64,000 nucleotides of DNA from Candidatus Cloacimonadales bacterium (GTDB lineage: Bacteria; Cloacimonadota; Cloacimonadia; Cloacimonadales; JAFGVF01), in the NCBI GenBank assembly GCA_963678315.1, contig OY782781.1:1696001-1760000 (forward strand), given 5' to 3'. The notes beneath the pieces were generated by a model. That model saw nothing but the letters and a program-made list of their open reading frames with translations, was not told the DNA's origin and made no database searches. The number at the start of each line of letters is the position of its first letter. The first letter of the stretch is position 1. The position numbers and the translations under genes are program-made. This document shows, piece by piece, positions 36,888 to 47,172 of the stretch.

Positions 36888-37669
36888 TGATTGTTAATGT
36901 ATTGTTTATTGGAGATGTTTTTGGCAAACCTGGAAGAGAAATTCTTCACAAACATCTTAAACATATCAAAAAAGAGTTTAAAATAGATCTTTGTATAGCT
37001 AATCTAGAGAATTTGTCTGATGGCAAAGGTATTACTGAGAATGAAGCAAAGAAATGCTTTTCATACGGAGTAGATTTAGCCACAGGTGGGAACCATATTT
37101 GGGATAGACTAGAATCACATGAGTATCTTGAAAAAGAAAGAAGAATTTGTTGTCCTCTTAACAAACCTACTCCCAAGATTGGGAGAAGATATGCCCAAAC
37201 TTCTATAAAAGGCTTTAAGATTAATGTTGTTAATCTGCTCGGACAAGTTTATATGAATCCTACAGATTCTCCTTTTGAAGCTATTGACAAATTTGTCCAA
37301 GATCATAGTGATGAAGTGACTATTGTAGATTTCCATGCAGAAGCTACTGGAGAAAAAAGAGCTTTGGCCTGGTTTCTTGATGGCAGAGTTTCTGCTGTTA
37401 TTGGCACACACACACATATTCAAACAGCGGATGAAGAAATTCTTCCTCATAGTACAGCCTATCTAACCGACGTTGGCATGACAGGTCCACATAATTCAGT
37501 TATTGGTGTTACGAAAAGTTCTATACTCTCGAAAATGGTTGAAGGTATACATAAGGTGCAGTTTTGTGCTCAAGAAGGACTTCAACTAAATGCAGTTGTT
37601 TTAACAATAAACTTAGAAAACAAAGAAACTTTAAAAATACAAAGAATTAGGAGATGCTTTGATGAGTGA
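36887..37669 (+). CDS. ymdB: YmdB/TIGR00282 family metallophosphoesterase
   Basis: FIGDVFG.PGR, GNHIWD, VDFHAEAT.EK, GTHTH, TDVGMTGP; follows rny. Confidence 0.9.
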   Translation: MIVNVLFIGDVFGKPGREILHKHLKHIKKEFKIDLCIANLENLSDGKGITENEAKKCFSYGVDLATGGNHIWDRLESHEYLEKERRICCPLNKPTPKIGRRYAQTSIKGFKINVVNLLGQVYMNPTDSPFEAIDKFVQDHSDEVTIVDFHAEATGEKRALAWFLDGRVSAVIGTHTHIQTADEEILPHSTAYLTDVGMTGPHNSVIGVTKSSILSKMVEGIHKVQFCAQEGLQLNAVVLTINLENKETLKIQRIRRCFDE

Positions 37670-38528
37670 TTTGCTTAAAGCTAAACCTCTGATACAAACA
37701 AAATATAGTGAACTTAAGACCACATTAGAAGCTCTTGATGAAACTCTAAAGATGGTTGTTGTAAGAGTAGGTATTGATCCTGCTTCTACATTCTATGTCC
37801 AAAATATTGTCAAACGTGGTAAAAAGCTAGGTGTGATTGTTGAACTTATTGATCTAGCTGAAGATACTTCTCAAGAAGTTTTAGAAGAAACAATCCAAGA
37901 TTATAATTCAGATAGCAGTATTCATGGAATTATGATTCAAAAACCGTTACCTAGCCAAATCAATGAACAGAAGATTAATTCATTGATTAGTCCTAATAAA
38001 GATGTCGATGGTTTTAATCCTGTAAACCTTGGTAAAATAATTTTAGAAGAAGATGGACTCTTCCCTTGTACTCCTACAGCATGTACAACAATTCTAGACT
38101 ATTATAATATTGAAACTTCAGGTAAGAACATTGTTGTTCTTGGAAGAAGTGCAGTTGTGGGGAAACCTCTTGCTAATATGCTTCTTAGTAAAAGCAAGAC
38201 AGGTAATGCAACAGTAACAGTATGCCATAGCAGGACTCAGAATTTGAGTGAGATTACCAAGAGAGCAGATATTTTGATTGCTGCTATAGGTAGAGCAAAC
38301 TTTGTTACATCTGAGTTTGTTAATGAAGACGCTATTGTTATTGATGTTGGAATTAATGAGATTCAGGATGCAGATGGAAAAAATATCTATGTTGGAGATG
38401 TAGATTTTGATTCTTGCAAAGAAATTGTTAAAGCTATTACTCCAGTTCCTGGAGGAGTTGGCTCAGTAACAACTTATGAATTATTCAAGAATTTACTTAG
38501 AGCATATCAGCTAAGTAAAGATATCTAG
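37662..38528 (+). CDS. folD: Bifunctional methylenetetrahydrofolate dehydrogenase/cyclohydrolase
   Basis: KDVDGF, PCTP, GRSAVVGKP, VTVCHSRT, TPVPGGVG; AGGAG RBS before ATG 37662. Confidence 0.95.
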   Translation: MSDLLKAKPLIQTKYSELKTTLEALDETLKMVVVRVGIDPASTFYVQNIVKRGKKLGVIVELIDLAEDTSQEVLEETIQDYNSDSSIHGIMIQKPLPSQINEQKINSLISPNKDVDGFNPVNLGKIILEEDGLFPCTPTACTTILDYYNIETSGKNIVVLGRSAVVGKPLANMLLSKSKTGNATVTVCHSRTQNLSEITKRADILIAAIGRANFVTSEFVNEDAIVIDVGINEIQDADGKNIYVGDVDFDSCKEIVKAITPVPGGVGSVTTYELFKNLLRAYQLSKDI

Positions 38529-38670
38529 TAATAATTATACTTTTTTTAACTATTATTAGATTAAAAAATAAATAAATAATTAAAAAAAGAATAAAATTAT
38601 TGACTTTTTTTAGAAAAAATGATTTTTTAACATTAAGAAGATTAATATAAACGACCTTGGGAGGAGATTA

Positions 38671-41127
38671 ATGCGTAAAGCTTTAAAACCGAGTTTATTT
38701 CTAGTGGTTGCAATAACCCTATTAACTCTTATGGCTTGTGGAATTGACGGTGATTACAAAAGTAACCAATCACCTGAAATCTCTATAACTTCATGGGAGG
38801 GCTATGACTCATTAGATGTTCACACGATTCATGACTCACTTGTTTTTCAACAAAAGATTTATTGGAATAGTTTTGACACTGATGGTACTGTAGAAGGTAT
38901 AGCATATAGAATTTTAGATGAAAATAATGAACCTTTAAGTTCTCCAGGAAACGAAGTAATTGATGAAAACGGAGATGTTGAAACATTAACTATTAGTGGT
39001 GCTGAAGAAACTGGTTGGGTTCTTCACTATAAAGATGGTGCAAATGAAAATATCCCTCTTTCTAGTGCAAACGCTTCAAAAACAATTTGGACTAATGAAC
39101 AGTACGCTTTAGTTAATTTCCCTGCTGCTGATGAAGACGGAAACCCTGTAATTAGAGACTACACTTTTGAAGTTGTATGTATTGATAACAGAGGTGCTGT
39201 TTCAAATATAGCTAGCAAAGAATTTAAAGCAAAATCAGACAGACCTAACTGTCTCTTATCAACTTCTAAAGGTAACCCTAATGGAAGACAAGTTGGTACA
39301 GGTATTGAAATCACTTTCGCTATGACTAATCCTGATGATAGTGATTTTGTTGCTCCTGGTGCTTCAAACTATGAATTCAAAATTCTTAAAAAAGAATTTG
39401 TTGATGGTGATGAAGAAGAAGATAACGAAGATTATTCAAATGATAACGTAGTGTTTGAATCAGAATGGATTTCAACTAACAATTTCAGTGATATGGAATC
39501 ATTCCGTTTAACTCAAAACACTGATAAGAACTTCAACAATATCCTTGCTACAGGTGATGAAATCTATCCAATGGACACTGACTTCGATGGTGAAGATGAA
39601 GATGCTAATCAATTTAGATATACTGAAATTATGGCAAAAGCTTATAATCTTGCTGGTGTAGCTTCTGATGTTGATACAATCAGATTTGCAGTTAAAAAAG
39701 GTTTCTATCCTAAAACTCTTATCTATCAACAAAAAACTTACGCTTTAGGTGATTATCATTTCGTAGATTATCCACGTGCATCTGATAAAGAAGTTTATCC
39801 ATACATTGACATGGAAGAACCAAATCCAGATAAATCTGCTGTAAGAATGTTCACAAATATGGATGGAAAAAAATCAGTTATTAACTCAGCAAACTTAAAA
39901 ACTTATGTAAAATGGGGTTACCATGGTGAATATGGTATTCCACCAACAGGAACTGCTGTAGCTTATGTTATTTCTGATAATCCTTATGATAAAAAGATTA
40001 ATCAATTACTAGATGAAAGAACTAACCAAAACTATTACTCAGAAATCATTGCATATCATATCAGACTTGATGATGCAGCTTACGATTTCTTTGCTCTTCA
40101 AGACAATATTGTAACACATGAAGATGATGGTGTTATTACAGAATGGCTTGAAGTACCTGTAAACAGTGTTTGGAATATTTCACAAAGTCTTGAATTGTTA
40201 AACTTAGAACCAGGTGACCATAAACTTGAAATTTCAGCTTTTGACCTTCAAGACCAATATGACCCAACTCCTGCAGTAGTAGAATTCACTATTGAAAATT
40301 ATACTCCAAAAGAAGAGAGAAGTGGAATCCTTATGATTGATGCTGATGAATTAAGAGAAGCTGGTGCTCCTAGCTTTGATTACTCAGAATCACGTTCACA
40401 AGAAATTTATGCTGCTGCAATGGAACAATTTGGTGATAATGTTACTTATGTTAACAGAGCTGAAGTTATTGCAAATAATGAAATGAATGATACAGATTGT
40501 GCTTTTGCTCCATCTGATTTACTTAAATATAAAACTATTATCTATAGAAATGAAGCATTCACTTCTTCAACATTCAACTATGATAATGATGCTTTAAATA
40601 TTTTCCTTTCAGAAGGTGGTAATCTTATACTTATTGGTACAAAGAATATCAAAGCTATCAATGATGATATGTATAATACATCAAAGAAATTGATGAGAGA
40701 TTATTTTGGTATTGTTTATGATACAGAATCAGTAGATATCGTTAGTAATAGTTCAGCTCAAAACCCATTCTTCTTGGGTGCTACATCAGCTGAAGTTTAT
40801 CCAGAATTAAATCTTGATCTCAGTGCAAATGCAATATCTTTCCTAATTGATTTAAAACAAGGTTTAGGTGGTATTGGATTCTTTACTGATATTGCTATTG
40901 ACCCTGAAGATTATATTACTAAACCTATCTATAACTTTACTTGTAAGGCTGTTGATGATGCTGATATTGCGGCTCCTTCACAAGAACAGTTTGATACTTT
41001 TAGTCAAAAACCAGTAGCTCTTTCTAGAGTAACTGAAGATAATAAGTGTTACATCTTTACATTCCCATTATCATATATGGAACAAGATGATTTAACAAGT
41101 TTATTAGGACAAATCGTAGAACCATAA
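38671..41127 (+). CDS. Large acidic lipoprotein of unknown function
   Basis: Lipobox LMAC; beta-rich segments ending YTFEVVCIDNRG and HKLEISAFDLQDQYDPTPA; GGAGGAG RBS; has its own terminator. Confidence 0.8.
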   Translation: MRKALKPSLFLVVAITLLTLMACGIDGDYKSNQSPEISITSWEGYDSLDVHTIHDSLVFQQKIYWNSFDTDGTVEGIAYRILDENNEPLSSPGNEVIDENGDVETLTISGAEETGWVLHYKDGANENIPLSSANASKTIWTNEQYALVNFPAADEDGNPVIRDYTFEVVCIDNRGAVSNIASKEFKAKSDRPNCLLSTSKGNPNGRQVGTGIEITFAMTNPDDSDFVAPGASNYEFKILKKEFVDGDEEEDNEDYSNDNVVFESEWISTNNFSDMESFRLTQNTDKNFNNILATGDEIYPMDTDFDGEDEDANQFRYTEIMAKAYNLAGVASDVDTIRFAVKKGFYPKTLIYQQKTYALGDYHFVDYPRASDKEVYPYIDMEEPNPDKSAVRMFTNMDGKKSVINSANLKTYVKWGYHGEYGIPPTGTAVAYVISDNPYDKKINQLLDERTNQNYYSEIIAYHIRLDDAAYDFFALQDNIVTHEDDGVITEWLEVPVNSVWNISQSLELLNLEPGDHKLEISAFDLQDQYDPTPAVVEFTIENYTPKEERSGILMIDADELREAGAPSFDYSESRSQEIYAAAMEQFGDNVTYVNRAEVIANNEMNDTDCAFAPSDLLKYKTIIYRNEAFTSSTFNYDNDALNIFLSEGGNLILIGTKNIKAINDDMYNTSKKLMRDYFGIVYDTESVDIVSNSSAQNPFFLGATSAEVYPELNLDLSANAISFLIDLKQGLGGIGFFTDIAIDPEDYITKPIYNFTCKAVDDADIAAPSQEQFDTFSQKPVALSRVTEDNKCYIFTFPLSYMEQDDLTSLLGQIVEP

Positions 41128-41148
41128 ACTTGTAACATATAATATATC

Positions 41149-41181
41149 GAGCAGGTAAGTTTATAACTACCTGCTCTTTTT
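41149..41181 (+). terminator. Intrinsic terminator
   Basis: GAGCAGGTA-loop-TACCTGCTC followed by a T run. Confidence 0.8.
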
Positions 41182-41293
41182 GTTTGATGGGATATCCAGA
41201 AATATAATATGGAAAAATATCCTAACAAAATCTTGACTTAAAATTCACTTGACTTCAAACATAGCTAGTAATTAATAATCATAAGGAATATGT

Positions 41294-41833
41294 ATGAATC
41301 ATAATAAATTAAAAGATACTAACATGAAATACGTTATTGAAAGTAGTTATTTTACAGCATTAGCTAGTATATTAGCAATAGTAGAATCATTGATACCCAA
41401 GCCTCTTCCATTTATAAGAATTGGTTTTGCTAATGTGATTTTATTACTGCTAGTAACTAATAGAAAGTACCTAACTGCACTGATTGTCTTGTTTGCAAAG
41501 ACAATTATTGGAGGTGTAGTTGTTGGTACACTCCTATTACCAACAACGATAATTTCTTTAGGAGCTGGCCTTACTTCCTTGACTGTAATGTATCTTGTTT
41601 CCAAATATAATAATGGTTTTACTTTATTAGGAATAAGTATTCTTGGGGCAGTTAGTCACAATATTATGCAGTTGTTTATTGTTAGGAATATTCTTATTTT
41701 TAGTGATTCATTGTTTAATCTTGTTCCGATAATGATACTTCTAGCTATCCTAACTGGATCTGTGACAGGCGTGATTGTTACATTAATAAATAATAACTTT
41801 AAAGAGGTGCTAAATGAAAAAGTCTTTGCCTAA
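41294..41833 (+). CDS. Gx transporter family membrane protein (heptaprenyl diphosphate synthase component I-like)
   Basis: ESLIPKPLPFIRIGFAN and GISILGAVSHNIMQL motifs; multiple TM helices. Confidence 0.8.
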   Translation: MNHNKLKDTNMKYVIESSYFTALASILAIVESLIPKPLPFIRIGFANVILLLLVTNRKYLTALIVLFAKTIIGGVVVGTLLLPTTIISLGAGLTSLTVMYLVSKYNNGFTLLGISILGAVSHNIMQLFIVRNILIFSDSLFNLVPIMILLAILTGSVTGVIVTLINNNFKEVLNEKVFA

Positions 41834-44087
41834 AAAGAAAAAACTATTTAACTTAGTTGTTTTATATTTTAGTATCTTATGTCTATTATCAATTTCTATT
41901 GGTTTTGTTGTATATAAAGCTTTCTTAAAATTCTCTGACAATTTACCATCTCCTGATGATATTGTTAATTATGAAATTGCAATACCATCAAAGGTGTTTG
42001 ACTGTAGAGGGAATTTGATTCATACTTTCGCTAAAGAGAAAAGAGTCTTGGTTAGTTATAATGAAATTCCTCAATCATTCAAAGATGCAATTAAGGCTAC
42101 TGAAGATAGAAACTTCGAGACTCACTTTGGTATTGACTTATTAGGAACTGTAAGAGCTGCCTTAACCAATCTAAAAGCAGGTGATACTACTCAAGGAGCA
42201 AGCACGCTTACTCAGCAACTTGCAAGGAATCTATTTCTGAGTCATGAGCGTTCTTTTTCTCGTAAGATTAAAGAAGCTATGGTTACTTTCTTAATTGAAG
42301 ATAAGTTCTCTAAAGAAGAAATTATGGAGATTTACTTCAACAAGATTTATCTTGGTGATGGTATTTATGGAATTGGGAGAGCTTCTGAGTATTACTTTGG
42401 TAAGGACTTCAAAGATGTTTCCATTGCTGAAGCCGCCACTTTAGTTGGTATGTTACAGAGACCTAATTTCTTTGACCCTAGAAACAGGAAGGAAAGAACA
42501 AAACAAAGACGTGATTTAGTATTAAATAGAATGTATGTTACTGGAAAACTAGACAAGGAGTCTTTTAAGAAGGAATTAAATAGAGACTTAGTTTGCGTTG
42601 ATCCAGAAAATACTGATTTGAACTCTTACTACTTATATCATATAGGTAATGAGCTGGGCAATAAATATGGTTGGAAGACTCTATATGAAGATGGTTTATC
42701 TATTTACTTATCTCTTGATTGGGACTTAACACTTCATGCTGATACTTTATTGAATGAACAGCTTACCAAGATAGAAGATGAAATGGAGTATTCAATACGA
42801 TATGATGAACTGCCAACTGATACTACTGATATTGCTACTAGATATTTACAAGGTGGTATATTAGTTATGGATGCCCATACAGGTCATGTAAAAACAATGA
42901 TTGGTGGTAGAAACTTCAAACATAGTAAACTAAACCGAATTATGCAATCTCGAAGACAAGTCGGATCTTCTATCAAGCCTGTATTATATACTGCTGCTTT
43001 AGAGAATGGTTACACTGCATCAACTGTTATAAGAGATGATACATTGAAGATTAAAATGTTCGGTTATGATGATATTCCAAAAATAGAAGATCTTCCGGAT
43101 TCTCTTCTCGCTGATACGACATTGGTTGATTCTTTAAGAAAGCTAGAAAAGAAGTATCTATATTCTCCTAAGAACTATTCTAAACGGGCTGGTGGTTATA
43201 TTACTTTAAGAAGAGCTCTTAGAAATTCGTATAATGTCTATGCTGTTAAAACAATGTATGACATAGGTAAAGCAACAGTCTCAAAAAAATCTGAACTCTT
43301 TGGAATAAAAGTGCCACCATACTATTCATCAGCACTGGGAACTCCAGAATTAAAACCTATCGACATAATAACAGCATATACGGCATTCCCAAACCAAGGA
43401 AAGAGAGTTAAACCAATATTCATTAACAAGGTTTATGATAGATATGGTAATTTATTGGAAGAACCTACCACCGAAAATATACAAGTATGCGAACCGGATA
43501 TAGCATACATTATGAGTGATATTATGAAATCTGTAACTAGACTCGGAGGTACTGCAGGAAGATCTTTTAGTGATAAAAAGATATACCCTTGGGAATCGGC
43601 TGGTAAAACTGGTACAACGGATGACTATAAAGATGCCTGGTTTGTTGGATTCAATGGAAAGTATGTGATAGGTATTTGGACTGGTTTTGATAATTATTCA
43701 GCAGTTTCTGAAGACACATTAGGAGTTCAGTTTGATAGCTTAGGATATAAAATATCAGGCATGGGAAAAGGTATCGGCGGTGGTCATGCTTGTGCACCAA
43801 TTGCAAGCAGGATTTTAAGAAGATTAATTTTAAATGATAATAATCAAGAGGAACCATTAGCTGATGATCCAAGATATTGTTTCCAAAAACCAGATAATGT
43901 TGTGGAACTAATGGTTGATAGAAAAACAGGATTTAGAACATCTAACAGTAGTAATTGGAAAAAAGAAGTTTTTTCAACAAGATTTCCTTTCCCTCAGTTT
44001 GGAAGGCCTGGTTTGAAGTACAACTTCCCTCCAAGATATAGCTATGATGATCCTAATCCATTAATTGTTAATGAACTAAATAACTAG
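41814..44087 (+). CDS. Class A penicillin-binding protein (PBP1A family)
   Basis: TEDRNF, GASTLTQQLARN and RKIKE glycosyltransferase motifs; SSIK, SYN and KTG transpeptidase motifs. Confidence 0.93.
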   Translation: MKKSLPKKKKLFNLVVLYFSILCLLSISIGFVVYKAFLKFSDNLPSPDDIVNYEIAIPSKVFDCRGNLIHTFAKEKRVLVSYNEIPQSFKDAIKATEDRNFETHFGIDLLGTVRAALTNLKAGDTTQGASTLTQQLARNLFLSHERSFSRKIKEAMVTFLIEDKFSKEEIMEIYFNKIYLGDGIYGIGRASEYYFGKDFKDVSIAEAATLVGMLQRPNFFDPRNRKERTKQRRDLVLNRMYVTGKLDKESFKKELNRDLVCVDPENTDLNSYYLYHIGNELGNKYGWKTLYEDGLSIYLSLDWDLTLHADTLLNEQLTKIEDEMEYSIRYDELPTDTTDIATRYLQGGILVMDAHTGHVKTMIGGRNFKHSKLNRIMQSRRQVGSSIKPVLYTAALENGYTASTVIRDDTLKIKMFGYDDIPKIEDLPDSLLADTTLVDSLRKLEKKYLYSPKNYSKRAGGYITLRRALRNSYNVYAVKTMYDIGKATVSKKSELFGIKVPPYYSSALGTPELKPIDIITAYTAFPNQGKRVKPIFINKVYDRYGNLLEEPTTENIQVCEPDIAYIMSDIMKSVTRLGGTAGRSFSDKKIYPWESAGKTGTTDDYKDAWFVGFNGKYVIGIWTGFDNYSAVSEDTLGVQFDSLGYKISGMGKGIGGGHACAPIASRILRRLILNDNNQEEPLADDPRYCFQKPDNVVELMVDRKTGFRTSNSSNWKKEVFSTRFPFPQFGRPGLKYNFPPRYSYDDPNPLIVNELNN

Positions 44088-44097
44088 ATAGGGTGCT

Positions 44098-45255
44098 ATG
44101 GAAAACATTATTCTGTTAGTAACATTGATTTCAGGGCTTCTATATTTTGCTCTTTCATTAACCTATTCATGGGCATTGAATCATGTGAAAGTTAAGAAAT
44201 CACCAAAGAAACGAAGAGTTTCAGTTATTATAGCTTGTAGAAATGAAGAAGAAACACTCCCCGAACTGCTAACTATATTAACTAATCAAACATATCCATC
44301 TGATTTATATGAAGTGATTATTGCTAATGATGAATCTTCTGATAAATCTGAAGAGATTCTTCAATCTTTTTCACGTAAATATAATAATATTATTTATTTC
44401 AATGTAGCAGGTCGTTCTAATGCAATTTCCCCCAAAAAGAATGCTCTAACACAAGCGATACAAAGAGCTCAAGGTGAGATACTATTGTTAACTGATGCAG
44501 ATTGTTTTCCTAAATCTACTTGGATTGAATCCATGGTTCAAGCATTTAAAGATGATGTTTCAATGGTTGCTGGTTATTCTTATACAAATATTGATTGGAA
44601 GAAAGCTAGTTTTGTTCAAAAATTTGAATTCATTGACCTCTTATGTTTGTATATTGGTTTAGCAGGTGGATTTGCTTTAGGTAGAAAATTTACTTGTATA
44701 GGGCAAAATCTTGCATATACTAAAGCTGCTTTTGAACAAGTAGGTGGTTTTAGCAAGATTAAGAATTATATTTCTGGTGATGATTGCAATTTTATGCAGT
44801 TAGTTAGAAAAGAAAAATTGAAAATAGAATTTAATTTTGATGAAAAGAGTTTTGTGAAAACAAAGCCTATTCAACGATGGAAGAAATTATTTAATCAACA
44901 TAGCAGATGGTTTTCCAACTTAAAACTCATGTTTAAACTAAACACAGAATTCTTTATAATTTTAAGTCTTTTGTTTATCTATTATGTCGGTATTGTAACA
45001 TCACTTTTTATTGATTGGAGATTCTTTGTCTTATTCTTAGCATTGAAGTTTGTTGGAGAGATGCAAATGTTCTTTTTCTCTTATCCTATTTTCAAAGTTA
45101 GTAGAAAACTAATTTATTTTTACCCTATTTGGATGGCTATACAAACTATTTTTAATATTTTGACAATATTCATTGGACAATTTAACATGTTTGTATGGCA
45201 TGGTAAAAAACAGAAAGTAGTAAAAGGGAAAGCGAATGAAGTATTTGATACTTGA
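44098..45255 (+). CDS. Family 2 glycosyltransferase with flanking TM helices
   Basis: VSVIIACRNEE, NDESSD, KKNAL, TDADC, GDD, QHSRW. Confidence 0.88.
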   Translation: MENIILLVTLISGLLYFALSLTYSWALNHVKVKKSPKKRRVSVIIACRNEEETLPELLTILTNQTYPSDLYEVIIANDESSDKSEEILQSFSRKYNNIIYFNVAGRSNAISPKKNALTQAIQRAQGEILLLTDADCFPKSTWIESMVQAFKDDVSMVAGYSYTNIDWKKASFVQKFEFIDLLCLYIGLAGGFALGRKFTCIGQNLAYTKAAFEQVGGFSKIKNYISGDDCNFMQLVRKEKLKIEFNFDEKSFVKTKPIQRWKKLFNQHSRWFSNLKLMFKLNTEFFIILSLLFIYYVGIVTSLFIDWRFFVLFLALKFVGEMQMFFFSYPIFKVSRKLIYFYPIWMAIQTIFNILTIFIGQFNMFVWHGKKQKVVKGKANEVFDT

Positions 45256-46309
45256 TGATTTAAAATTAGATCAAGGTAAAGTTAGTCCTCTTCGATCTCA
45301 ATTCGATTTAAGAGCAGGAATTTTAAAATTAAGACAGAAGATAGAAGGTTTATTCGGTATAGAAGATAGTTACTTGATAGTTAGCAGAAAGCTGGAAGAT
45401 GTTTATACAGAAAGATTTCCTAACAAGACTATAAACACATTACCATTTGGTGATGTTTGTATTATTAATGCACGTATTAAACTCGATTCTAAAGCAATTG
45501 ATATAATAGAACAACTGGAAAACAACGTTATAGCAGTTAATGAATTAAATGAACTGCTAGCAGTAAAATATAACAATTCTAATGAATCTAAAGTTGATTC
45601 TGATGAATTTGAGGAAAGAGACTTTTCTAATTTAACGACTGTAAAGCGTGATATTAAATTATGGCAATCTGTTGATGAAATTGTTCAATGCAATTCTGAA
45701 CTAATTTGCAAAGATTATAATGAATTCTTTTATGAAAAAGATAACTTTTTCGAAACTGAGCAGGGTGTTACTGTTTTAAATCCTTATAATGTTTGGATTG
45801 GGGAAGGAGCAGTTTTGAAACATGGAGTAGTTATCGATGCTTCAGATGGTCCTGTTGTTATTGATGAAAACTCGGTAATAGGACTAAATTCAACAATTGA
45901 AGGACCTGCCTATATTGGTAAGAATACAATCATAAAAGCTTCTACAAATATTTTTCCAGGAACATCTATTGGCCCTGAATCAATGATATCTGGTCAAATC
46001 CAAAACTCAATTCTTCAAGCTTTCTGTTTTAAACCATTTACAGGTGTTTTTAATCTATGCTATGTTGGTGAATGGACTAAAATTGAAGCAGGAGTTAATG
46101 TAGATTCTGATTTCTTTAATGATGGGGAAGTTACAATTATCAGGGATTTAACAAAATCATTCAACTTCAGTCAAAACTCAGAGAATCTTATTTGTCAATA
46201 CCAAGAGATGAGACTTAATAAGATTAAGGCTATGAAGTTTGACAAAAACATTGAACTAACTAAAATTGAATCTTGTGTATTAAAAGATTATTTAAATGAG
46301 GATAGCTAA
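45236..46309 (+). CDS. Putative sugar nucleotidyltransferase/acyltransferase with hexapeptide repeats (GlmU-like)
   Basis: PL...FDLRAGILKL N-terminus; left-handed beta-helix repeats IGEGA..GVVIDASDGPVVID..EGPAYIG. Confidence 0.7.
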   Translation: MKYLILDDLKLDQGKVSPLRSQFDLRAGILKLRQKIEGLFGIEDSYLIVSRKLEDVYTERFPNKTINTLPFGDVCIINARIKLDSKAIDIIEQLENNVIAVNELNELLAVKYNNSNESKVDSDEFEERDFSNLTTVKRDIKLWQSVDEIVQCNSELICKDYNEFFYEKDNFFETEQGVTVLNPYNVWIGEGAVLKHGVVIDASDGPVVIDENSVIGLNSTIEGPAYIGKNTIIKASTNIFPGTSIGPESMISGQIQNSILQAFCFKPFTGVFNLCYVGEWTKIEAGVNVDSDFFNDGEVTIIRDLTKSFNFSQNSENLICQYQEMRLNKIKAMKFDKNIELTKIESCVLKDYLNEDS

Positions 46310-47172
46310 TGGAAAAATATATAGAAATAGAGTTTAGATCGGGTAAAATAGCTTATATTAAAGTACCCCAAGATCTTGAACTTAAACCAGACGATTGTCT
46401 GATTATTGAAGTTGAACGAGGTATTGACTTTTGTCAGGTACTCACATCAAATGTTCCTGATGAACAGATTGAAAAACTTAGATCTGAGTATAAAGAATAT
46501 AAATATGTAAGAATGTCTGAAGATAATGACATAAAAGCATTAGATATTATTAAGTCAAAAGAAGAAAAAGCTTCAGAGATCTTTATTGATACTCTTTCAC
46601 GTTATGACTTTGAAATGAAACTAATAAGTACAGTTTATCAATATGATGGAAATAAGTTAACTTTCAATTTCACTGCTGATGGACGTATTGACTTTAGACT
46701 ATTTGTAAGAGAACTAGCAAATGTCTTTAAAACTAGAATCGAGCTACATCAAACTACTGGTAGAGATGAAGCTAAAATGCTTGGTGGATTTGGCATGTGT
46801 GGAAAAGTTTATTGCTGTAATTCCTTTATGAGGAAGTTCAACCAAGTTACTATAAAGATGGCAAAGGACCAAAACTTAGCTGGAAACCTATCTAAGATTT
46901 CCGGTCCATGTGGTAGGTTGTTATGTTGCCTTCAGTTTGAAGAAGATTATTATGAAGAAATAGCAAAAGACTTTCCAGTTATTGGAACCAAATGCCTGTT
47001 AAATAAACAAATGTGGTATGTTTTTAAAAACGACTATTACAATAAAAAAGTATATCTATCTGCAGAAGATCAATCTATGGAAGTTATTCCTTTAGCTGAG
47101 TTTGATAAGAAAGCTAAGATTAAGTATGTACCAAAGGACGATGAAATTGCACAAATCCCAGGACGCTATTAA
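46309..47172 (+). CDS. ricT: PSP1-domain protein (RicT/YaaT family)
   Basis: FTADGRIDFR..V.ELA..FKTRIEL, RDEAK..GG.G.CG...CC, KISGPCGRLLCCL. Confidence 0.88.
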   Translation: MEKYIEIEFRSGKIAYIKVPQDLELKPDDCLIIEVERGIDFCQVLTSNVPDEQIEKLRSEYKEYKYVRMSEDNDIKALDIIKSKEEKASEIFIDTLSRYDFEMKLISTVYQYDGNKLTFNFTADGRIDFRLFVRELANVFKTRIELHQTTGRDEAKMLGGFGMCGKVYCCNSFMRKFNQVTIKMAKDQNLAGNLSKISGPCGRLLCCLQFEEDYYEEIAKDFPVIGTKCLLNKQMWYVFKNDYYNKKVYLSAEDQSMEVIPLAEFDKKAKIKYVPKDDEIAQIPGRY

